DNA of 64,000 nt from Candidatus Binatia bacterium (lineage in GTDB: Bacteria; Desulfobacterota; Binatia; Bin18): NCBI GenBank assembly GCA_963664395.2, contig OY761159.2:4288001-4352000 (forward strand). Reading direction: 5' to 3'. Made by a program: the position numbers and the translations under genes. Positions 57,113 through 64,000 of the stretch are shown here, in pieces (within the stretch, counting starts at the first letter, position 1; each line of letters begins with the position of its first letter). The notes under the pieces are model-generated. The model saw only the letters and a list, made by a program, of their open reading frames with translations, was not told the DNA's origin and ran no database searches.

Positions 57113-58276
57113 TTATTCAAACAAGCTTTCAAACCAGGGCAGAATAATTGTTTCGTTAATAGAGTAGGTATAGGCGTGGCCCCACTCAGGCAGCTCCGTC
57201 AAGGTCACTTCTTTGAACCCGTTCTCCATTAGCGTGGCGTGTGCCAGGCGAGCTGCCATCACGGGGAAAATAAAGTCCCGGCCTCCGTGGATAATCAGAA
57301 AAGGCAAGGTTTTGGCCTTTTGCATATCAAGCCAGGGAGGCAGGACCCCGGCGACAGGAGCAATCGCTCCAAAGAGATTGGGACGACTGGCGCTTAGCGC
57401 ATACGCGAACGTGCCACCGTCTGACAAACCGGTGACAAGAATCCGGTCGGGGTCGATGGCATAGGTAGCTCGTACAGTTGCAAGCAGAGCGGTAATGGAC
57501 AAGACATCGCGCTCTGGTTTCTCAATGGCCCACGTTTGACGGTGCGATTTTGGGGCGAGGATAACATAGCCCTTGCTCTTTGCCGGTCGCAGCCAGGTGA
57601 GCAGATATTCGTCATTTGCTCCGCCGCCGCCGTGCAGGGCGATAATCAGAGGTAAGTGTTGTGCCGGGTCATAGTTCTCCGGCACATAGAGCGAATACGC
57701 CCCATGATTGCTTGACGGTGGATAATGGGAAATACCGACCTGATGCTTCATCCGGGCGACGCTTTCTTCCAACGCAGGCAGGTTGATGACCGTGTCCGGG
57801 AGAACCCAGTAGGGTTGGAGCGTCGGCGTATTCTGCCGGATGCTGTACAAAAGATAGCGCGCGCGGGTGAACGCTGAGCGGCTTTGCATAAATGCCCCGA
57901 TAAAACTGGACTGATCGCTCCGTACAAAAATACCATAGGTGGTATCCAGCAGGCCGACGGCCTTAACCCAGGTCTGATGAAAGTCTTGCCGTTCCGGCGG
58001 TGGTTTCAGCGTGCTCAATTCCGACCGGAGGTGAACAAACAGGTCTCCGATCGTCTGGCTGAGCTTGGCCTGGAGTTGAGTAAATTTTGCCGGGTGTAAC
58101 TGTTCCTGTAGATTTTCAAATACTCGGAGGAAACGGAGCAACTGTTCTTCCTGCCGCGCAATGACTGAGCGGTAATCATCTTCTACCGGCTCTGCGGCTA
58201 TGGGCAACGGAACGAATATGACGAAAGGGCAGACGAGCAGACAGCAGAGGAGGGCAGCCAGCCGAGTGTGAAGCAT
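57113..58276 (-). CDS. Secreted alpha/beta-hydrolase (phospholipase/carboxylesterase type)
   Basis: Signal peptide; ALHGGGG, TGLSDGG, IHGGRD and WGHAY motifs. Confidence 0.8.
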   Translation of the reverse strand: MLHTRLAALLCCLLVCPFVIFVPLPIAAEPVEDDYRSVIARQEEQLLRFLRVFENLQEQLHPAKFTQLQAKLSQTIGDLFVHLRSELSTLKPPPERQDFHQTWVKAVGLLDTTYGIFVRSDQSSFIGAFMQSRSAFTRARYLLYSIRQNTPTLQPYWVLPDTVINLPALEESVARMKHQVGISHYPPSSNHGAYSLYVPENYDPAQHLPLIIALHGGGGANDEYLLTWLRPAKSKGYVILAPKSHRQTWAIEKPERDVLSITALLATVRATYAIDPDRILVTGLSDGGTFAYALSASRPNLFGAIAPVAGVLPPWLDMQKAKTLPFLIIHGGRDFIFPVMAARLAHATLMENGFKEVTLTELPEWGHAYTYSINETIILPWFESLFE

Positions 58277-58314
58277 ATTCAGCTCCAGGAGCCTGCGGGG
58301 AGGTAACGCGACTC

Positions 58315-58767
58315 CTAATGCTTGGCTTTTTTCTTCTTTTTATTTTTTCGTTTGGCCGGGGTAAGGAGCGAGACATAGCTTATGCCGTCTCTGTTATCGG
58401 CCGTGACCGGCAGGTTGGCGGCTTTCCAGCCGGCGTGGCCGGCTTCCATGAGGTGAACTTTTTCATAGCCCGCGGCGGTAAGTCGCTCGACCGCTTGCTT
58501 TGCCCGGGGGCCTTTCTCACAGCCGACAATCAGCGGGGTCTCTTTGGGACATACTTCGCCCATGACCAGATCAAAGCTTTCATTGTGAAAGACTTCATCC
58601 GTGGTTGGATGAAAGAAGACAATAGGGACGTTGATAACTTTCCCTGCTTGTCCTTTTGGATGGCCTTTGGCGAATTCAGCCACCGTTCGCACATCGACAT
58701 AGGTAACGGCCGCGTCCGTCTTCAGAGATTCGTTGGCTTGCTCTGGGGTGAGAGTCTCGACGCTCAT
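58315..58767 (-). CDS. Rhodanese-like domain protein
   Basis: DVRTVAEFAKGHP, GCEKGPR and GHAGWKAANLP motifs. Confidence 0.85.
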   Translation of the reverse strand: MSVETLTPEQANESLKTDAAVTYVDVRTVAEFAKGHPKGQAGKVINVPIVFFHPTTDEVFHNESFDLVMGEVCPKETPLIVGCEKGPRAKQAVERLTAAGYEKVHLMEAGHAGWKAANLPVTADNRDGISYVSLLTPAKRKNKKKKKAKH

Positions 58768-59045
58768 GAGTGGCCTCCTGAGGCGGATGGAAATTCCGGC
58801 GGATCAAACTCACGGACAAAAGGTGGAATAATCTGACACCGCTCCCGTCCAGCTGCTGGCGGCGTACGATTCATAGTGTAGAGAATCTCGCCATCGGTTT
58901 CTCCACCACGCGCTTCAACACTGACTTCTTCTGTATGATGGTGTGCGTATTTCCCTGTTGGTGCCAAAGCAAAAATGCAATCTAAGACTTTCCGGGCAGG
59001 TAAACGCCCGTGTTCCAGATGCACCAGGGTTTCTCGCTTTTTCAT
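58764..59045 (-). CDS. Possible hypothetical protein
   Basis: ATG with AAGG RBS and ATGA overlap with the rhodanese start; no family recognised. Confidence 0.3.
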   Translation of the reverse strand: MKKRETLVHLEHGRLPARKVLDCIFALAPTGKYAHHHTEEVSVEARGGETDGEILYTMNRTPPAAGRERCQIIPPFVREFDPPEFPSASGGHS

Positions 59046-59173
59046 ACCTTTTCCTTCCCTGCTAGTATGGTGTCTCGATACGTAAAATCTCTATTACATC
59101 CCGAGAGTTTCGCTTGACAGGCTAACGGCATCAGGCATAGCGTGCAACAGCAATAAGGAGGGCTCATATTCCT

Positions 59174-59805
59174 ATGGAGGAAACCAGACAAAAAGAACTC
59201 GTCAATGGTGAGGTATAGTACCAGCCCGGAGACGAAGTTCCGAATGTTCCGACCAAACTCTTTGCGCTCCAAAACCTGTGCACCGACTGTAAAATGTGTG
59301 AGGTGGCGTGCTCGTTGATCCACTCGCCGGAGGGTGAACTCAACCCGGTGTGGACGCGCATTAAAATCGACCACGCGCCCCAGGTCTCGCGCGTCTCAAC
59401 AGACGGCTTTGGTTTTATGCCGGCCCTCTGTCACCACTGCGCCAATCCCCCACCGTGTGCCGAGGTCTGCCCGACGGATGCGTTTTATTATGATCCCAAG
59501 ACCCAGGCGGCGGTGATTGACCAGGACAAATGCATTCAGTGCATGGAATGCGTTCCCGGTTGTCCGTTTGACACTGTTTTTGTTGCGCCGACTGGTGAGC
59601 TGCTCAAATGTGACCTGTGCGGTGGGGACCCGGCTTGCGTAAAAGCCTGCTCAACGCGGGCAAACAATACTCCCGACTGCCGGTTCTTTTTTATGAAGAC
59701 AAGGCGGCCTTCGGTCAAATTCTACGCCAAAAGCCCGAAGCGAGAGATGAAGTTGGGATCATGCAGGCCATGTTGTCAAAAGGAAAAGTGAGTAGTGCGG
59801 CGTAA
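59174..59805 (+). pseudogene. 4x[4Fe-4S] electron-transfer subunit of AOR with an in-frame TAG and a probable frameshift
   Basis: AAGGAGG RBS, ATG 59174, TAG 59216-59218, then CTDCKMCEVAC, CHHC..C..VCP, CIQCMECVPGCP and KCDLC..CVKAC; the more protein-like C-terminus lies in another frame after ~59660. Confidence 0.7.
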
Positions 59806-59868
59806 GCCGAAGGGTGTTGTCGCAATTGGAGTGGAACACAGCGGACGGAAGACAAAGGAGTCAACAGC

Positions 59869-61899
59869 ATGGAAAGTGGCTTATTACGAGTTGATCTAAC
59901 AACAGGGGAAATTAAACGCGAAATACTCCCGCATTCCATGTTTGAACGCTGGGTTGGCGGCTCGGGGATTAACGATTGGCTTTTGTGGGAGCATTTTCTG
60001 AAGCATGACATCATGTGCGATGCGCGCAGCCCGGAAAATGTCCTTATCTTTGGTGTGGGTCCACTGGCCGGTGTCGGGTCGGGTATTGGGGTGAAAGGCC
60101 GGCTGACGTTCAAAAGCCCATGTTATGGGTCTTTCGGTGATTCGACCGGTGGCGGTAAATTTCCTTACGTCGTGCGCTTTAGTGGCTACGACTATATTGT
60201 TGTCACCGGCAAAGCGCCCCGACCGGTGTATATTCATATTTGCAATGGAGAAGTGACCATCTGCGACGCGACGCATTTGTGGGGAAAAGATAGCTCCGAA
60301 ACCCATGAAACCCTGAAAAAGGAATTAGGCGATTATCCGTCAGAAGCCTATACGCTCTCGATTGGTCAGGCGGGTGAAAACCAGGTTGGCATTGCTGGCG
60401 TGATTGCTGACGGCTGGCGCATTCATGCGCGCTGTGGTGGTGGCGGAGTCATGGGCTCCAAGAATCTCAAGGCCATTGTGACCCAAGGTACTCAGGGCAT
60501 TAAAATTAATGACCCATCCAGTCTGCTCGAATGGTCGGATGGATTTCGCCAAACGCTCGACGCCAACGAAGCCGCCTATGGCTTTAAGCGCCGTGGCACC
60601 CTGGGTGCTGTCGAGATGTACCAAAAGATCGGCGGCAATTTTTGGCGTAATAACCAAGGAGCGATGTTTCGTGGTGAGGAAGTACGCTCCGACAACTGGG
60701 TCAAGAAATATCATAAGTACTCGGAAGTCTGCTCCTCGGACTGTTATATTGCCTGCGATGGCCGTTATAAGATCGAAGGGCACGAATCCGACGCAGCTCA
60801 AAAGTATGTCGGCGAGTCTTTTCGCCACCCGGAATATCTGACGACGGGGAGTAGCGCAGGCGCCCTGGATGTCCGGGATTGGGCCGAGGTCGCCCACTGG
60901 GGCAAGATCACCAACGACTACGGCATCGACAATCAAGATTTGTCCTGCTCGATTAGTTTCCTCATGGAGCTCAAACAGCGTGAGATCATTTCCGATCGTG
61001 ACGTGGAAGAACTCTTTGGCAGACCCCAAAGTCTGGAATGGGGCAAGATGGAAGACATCGAAGCCTTGGTTGAAGATGTCGTCTATCAGAAAAATCCTTT
61101 TGGCTGGCTGTTCCGGGATGGGGCCTATCATGGCGCCCTGCGCTACTCGGAACAACAAGGCCAGAATTTCATGAAGTATGCCATATATGGCAAAGGCGGT
61201 GCGAGTTTCACCGAAGAGATGCGGCCTTTTCCCACCTGGATGAACAATATGGCCGTGGCTTCGCGCGGTGCCGACCACCTCAAAGGCATTGGCCTGATCG
61301 AGAAATTCCAGCGCAGAGACTTGTCGAAGGCCTATTTCAACGGCAGGACCGAAGCCGGAGATCCGACGATTCCGGATCTCAAGGGCGCGAGTACAGCCCT
61401 CATTGAGAATCAGGTTGCCCTCATTAATTCGTACGGTGTGTGCATGTTCCACTGGATGCTTGATCCCCTCGGATATGCACCTGAGAGTTATTACGGCGAG
61501 GTGTACACGGCAGTGACCGGTATTGATCGGACCAAAGAAGAGCGAATGCTTGACGGGGAGCGCATCTGCAATCTCGAAAAGGCCTTCAACTCCCGCCTCG
61601 GCATGCGGCGTGAGCACGATACGATCTGCGAGCGCTGGATGCATGAACCGTGTCCAGAAGGGCCCAACAAAGGCCGTGTGGCCGGCGACATGTTTGAGCA
61701 GGTGCTTGAGGAATATTATGAGTGGCGTGGTTGGGACAAGGAAACCGGACTCCAAACGCGTCAAAAGATGGAGGAATTGGGGTTGGAAGAGGTGGCCGAT
61801 GTGTTGGCCGCGGATAACGCCATGGCTGGGGAAAGTCGCGCTAGTCGTGCCGTTCACGTGGATGTGAAGGTAGCGGATGGTCCGGGCATTCCAGACTGA
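59869..61899 (+). CDS. Aldehyde:ferredoxin oxidoreductase family (W/Mo-pterin) catalytic subunit
   Basis: LLRVDLTTG, FKSP..DSTGGG, IGQAGEN, GGVMGSKNLKAI, SRGADH and EYYEWRGWD motifs. Confidence 0.9.
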   Translation: MESGLLRVDLTTGEIKREILPHSMFERWVGGSGINDWLLWEHFLKHDIMCDARSPENVLIFGVGPLAGVGSGIGVKGRLTFKSPCYGSFGDSTGGGKFPYVVRFSGYDYIVVTGKAPRPVYIHICNGEVTICDATHLWGKDSSETHETLKKELGDYPSEAYTLSIGQAGENQVGIAGVIADGWRIHARCGGGGVMGSKNLKAIVTQGTQGIKINDPSSLLEWSDGFRQTLDANEAAYGFKRRGTLGAVEMYQKIGGNFWRNNQGAMFRGEEVRSDNWVKKYHKYSEVCSSDCYIACDGRYKIEGHESDAAQKYVGESFRHPEYLTTGSSAGALDVRDWAEVAHWGKITNDYGIDNQDLSCSISFLMELKQREIISDRDVEELFGRPQSLEWGKMEDIEALVEDVVYQKNPFGWLFRDGAYHGALRYSEQQGQNFMKYAIYGKGGASFTEEMRPFPTWMNNMAVASRGADHLKGIGLIEKFQRRDLSKAYFNGRTEAGDPTIPDLKGASTALIENQVALINSYGVCMFHWMLDPLGYAPESYYGEVYTAVTGIDRTKEERMLDGERICNLEKAFNSRLGMRREHDTICERWMHEPCPEGPNKGRVAGDMFEQVLEEYYEWRGWDKETGLQTRQKMEELGLEEVADVLAADNAMAGESRASRAVHVDVKVADGPGIPD

Positions 61900-61976
61900 T
61901 TATAGAGAGACGGGGAAATTTCATTGGCTTTATTTTCTTGTGGTGCTGCTGGGCTACGCTGAATAATGAGGACTAC

Positions 61977-62366
61977 ATGAAGAGAGTCGTATTGTTATTA
62001 CTTTCTGTTTTTGCAGTGCCGAACATTTTACTCGCTGCCTGCCCCTACGATCCAGATTGCCTGAGTAACCCATACGGTGCGGGTAGTCCTTATAAGCCGG
62101 ACGGACTGATGAATCCATATAGTCAGTATGGGAGTCCCTACAGTAATAAGTCTTGGACAAATCCGTATGCAACGGACGCCCCTAAAATATACGATGAACA
62201 AGGTAATTATCATGGAAAATTGAGTGCCAACCCGTATGACCCTGATTCCACTTCTAATCCATATGGAAGGTATGGTAACCCTTATTCGTCCGAGAGTCTC
62301 AACAATTCATATGGAGCGGGGAACCCATATTCAAGTAAAAAGCTCTATGTTGTTCCATCCCAATAG
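61977..62366 (+). CDS. Secreted protein with NPY/SPY repeats, AT-rich
   Basis: Signal peptide; NPYGAGSPY, NPYSQYGSPYS and NPYGRYGNPYS; GAGG RBS. Confidence 0.75.
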   Translation: MKRVVLLLLSVFAVPNILLAACPYDPDCLSNPYGAGSPYKPDGLMNPYSQYGSPYSNKSWTNPYATDAPKIYDEQGNYHGKLSANPYDPDSTSNPYGRYGNPYSSESLNNSYGAGNPYSSKKLYVVPSQ

Positions 62367-62444
62367 ATATGAGCTATACCGACCAAGGAATAATAAGGTA
62401 GTACGGATTACTGGGAAATATACGCACTAGAAGAGGATGCAGAC

Positions 62445-62726
62445 GTGATTACGGTTCAGGCAGAGTATACCGCTCGTTTTAAGGAAATTACACAGACCAC
62501 GAGTGAGACTATCCAGCTCGAACAGGCCAATATGGCTGAGTTGGCGCAGAAGCTGGCTGATAAATATGGGCCGCAAATGGAGGCACTGCTCATTGATCCC
62601 AATACGAAGGATCTGAATACGAACGGGACGCTGTTCATCGATTCAAGCGGACGACGCCTCTTTATTGAGGATACCTTGGCTGACGGAGAAACGGTCTCCT
62701 TCATGGTCGGTATTGCCGGGGGCTAG
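62445..62726 (+). CDS. MoaD/ThiS family sulfur carrier
   Basis: 93 aa ending in GIAGG; downstream of AOR; GAGG RBS and GTG start. Confidence 0.8.
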   Translation: MITVQAEYTARFKEITQTTSETIQLEQANMAELAQKLADKYGPQMEALLIDPNTKDLNTNGTLFIDSSGRRLFIEDTLADGETVSFMVGIAGG

Positions 62727-62763
62727 ACGACTCCTGAGGATGAGTAGCCGTAGTTCAGGATGG

Positions 62764-62791
62764 GTAGGGGCGCAGCATGCCGCGCCCCTAC
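62764..62791. repeat. GTAG-type REP palindrome
   Basis: GTAGGGGCGCAGCATGCCGCGCCCCTAC. Confidence 0.7.
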
Positions 62792-62826
62792 GTTTTTGTG
62801 CGACCTGTCAAGAAAAATAAAAGAAT

Positions 62827-64000
62827 ATGCCCGAATCCATCCCTGAAATCGATTGCGACGTGGTGGTCATAGGCGGGGGTATTGCCGGTCTTTCAGCGGC
62901 TATTAGCGCGCTGAACGAAGGTGCTGAGGTCATCCTGCTCGAAAAGGCTCCCAAGCTGCAACGGGGCGGGAACTCCGCTATTGCCGATGCCCAAATCCGC
63001 TATCCTCACGAAGCGGATGAGTACTGTCCAACTCGACAGACCAAAGAGGATTTCTTTGACGCTTTTATGCGGGTGTCGCGTGGTCGGGCGAACAAAGAGT
63101 TGGTGCAGGTCGTGGTGGATAACGCGGCTGATGCAGTTGATTGGCTGACCGGGATGGGGATTGAGTGGGAAAAGGGCTATCCCAATGTCGCAGGCTATCG
63201 CCGTCAGCCCGTGGGCGGCGGCTGGCAACTGGTTGATACCCTCTATAAACATCTCGAGCGGGGTGGCGTGCATGTCGCGTATGAGACTGCGGCGGAAACA
63301 CTCCTCACCAGCCGGAGTGGCCGCGTGGTTGGCGTGCGTGCGCTCGAACCTGAGGGGTATACCGATATTAAAGCTCGTGGCGGTGTCGTTATTGCCTGCG
63401 GCGGTTTCGAAGCCAACCCGGAAATGCGGGTGCGGTATCTCGGTCGGCATATGGATGGGCTCATTCTACGCGGCAGCCGCTACAATACTGGCGATGGGCT
63501 GCGAATGGCCCTCGCAATTGGGGCTATGCCGGCCGGCCAATGGGGAGATTTCCACTCGGCCGTGCTTGATGCGCGTTCCACGCCCTTTGAGTGTGGGGTG
63601 ACGGCGATCTACATCTTTCAACTCGGTCTCTTTATTGACGAAGACGGTGAACGCTTTCTGGATGAAGGCGAAGACTTTCGCGATCAGACCTATGTGAAAT
63701 TCAGCAAGGCTATTATGGCGCATAAAAGCGGGGTGGCCTTTAATGTCTTTGACAACAAACCGCGGGCTGAAGACCCGGAAGCCTGGAAACGGGCGATTCG
63801 GACAGAAGAGGAGGCGTTTGAAGCACCGAGTATTCGGGAGTTGGCCGAACTCATCAACGTTCCAGGCGACCGCCTGGAACGAACAATTGAAGAATACAAC
63901 GCCGCCTGCCAAACCGGGACGTTTGATCCGCTCACCCTCGACGGCTTGGCTACGCACGGCCTGGTCGTCAACAAAACCAACTGGGCCCGCCCGCTCGACA
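62827..64000 (+). CDS. FAD-dependent oxidoreductase, TcuA/fumarate reductase flavoprotein family (runs off the window end)
   Basis: Own translation: MPESIPEIDCDVVVIGGGIAGLSAA..LLEKAP..RGGNS, ACGGFEANPEMR, YNTGDG; absent from the ORF track because there is no stop in the window. Confidence 0.85.
   Translation, partial: MPESIPEIDCDVVVIGGGIAGLSAAISALNEGAEVILLEKAPKLQRGGNSAIADAQIRYPHEADEYCPTRQTKEDFFDAFMRVSRGRANKELVQVVVDNAADAVDWLTGMGIEWEKGYPNVAGYRRQPVGGGWQLVDTLYKHLERGGVHVAYETAAETLLTSRSGRVVGVRALEPEGYTDIKARGGVVIACGGFEANPEMRVRYLGRHMDGLILRGSRYNTGDGLRMALAIGAMPAGQWGDFHSAVLDARSTPFECGVTAIYIFQLGLFIDEDGERFLDEGEDFRDQTYVKFSKAIMAHKSGVAFNVFDNKPRAEDPEAWKRAIRTEEEAFEAPSIRELAELINVPGDRLERTIEEYNAACQTGTFDPLTLDGLATHGLVVNKTNWARPLD

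Noticed and set aside
59216-59218. Pyrrolysine readthrough of the in-frame TAG
   Set aside because: Non-catalytic position, no pyl or methylamine methyltransferase context, and a second lesion in the same gene favour a nonsense mutation or sequencing error.
60340-61857. 505-aa minus-strand ORF (similarly 3561-4529, 11642-12349 and 48525-49280)
   Set aside because: Antisense to well-supported genes with no recognisable motifs; typical shadow ORFs.
62893-63980. Several short ORFs listed at the window end
   Set aside because: All overlap the long plus-strand flavoprotein frame starting at 62827, which runs off the window.

Overview
Bacterial chromosomal window of moderately high GC. The gene content (CuMMO, F420/luciferase-like oxidoreductases, hopanoid hpn genes, DUF1302/DUF1329-type proteins, a selenoprotein) suggests a Binatia-like deltaproteobacterial lineage; this is inference, not a placement. 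The main result is a ~10 kb copper/alcohol-oxidation locus (7583-17398): esterase lipoprotein, pmoD-like, xmoC, xmoA, a small single-TM ORF, xmoB, a second pmoD-like, a two-domain multicopper oxidase, a His-rich cupredoxin and a PQQ alcohol dehydrogenase with the lanthanide-type DYD motif. A glycerol dehydrogenase is transcribed divergently from it. The copper membrane monooxygenase is highly divergent: it keeps the CuB, CuC and CuD ligands, has lost the bis-His site and most proposed PmoA D-site residues, and carries an extra gene between A and B. Features missed by the ORF track include a UGA-recoded (selenocysteine) peroxiredoxin, a structured ncRNA candidate downstream of nrdJ, and several gene remnants (Ni permease, two hydantoinase/oxoprolinase tails, a DUF4268-type gene, the Fe-S partner of an AOR). 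An AT-richer IrrE/ImmA peptidase + radical SAM islet also sits downstream of nrdJ. The rest is housekeeping (adk, larC, ppiD, mreBCD-mrdA-rodA, trxA, hpnAB, nrdJ, gor) and catabolic oxidoreductases (coxMS with two coxL-like genes, Rieske oxygenase, AOR, TcuA-like). No rRNA, tRNA, CRISPR array or transposase was recognised. All family calls come from motif recognition by eye, not database searches.
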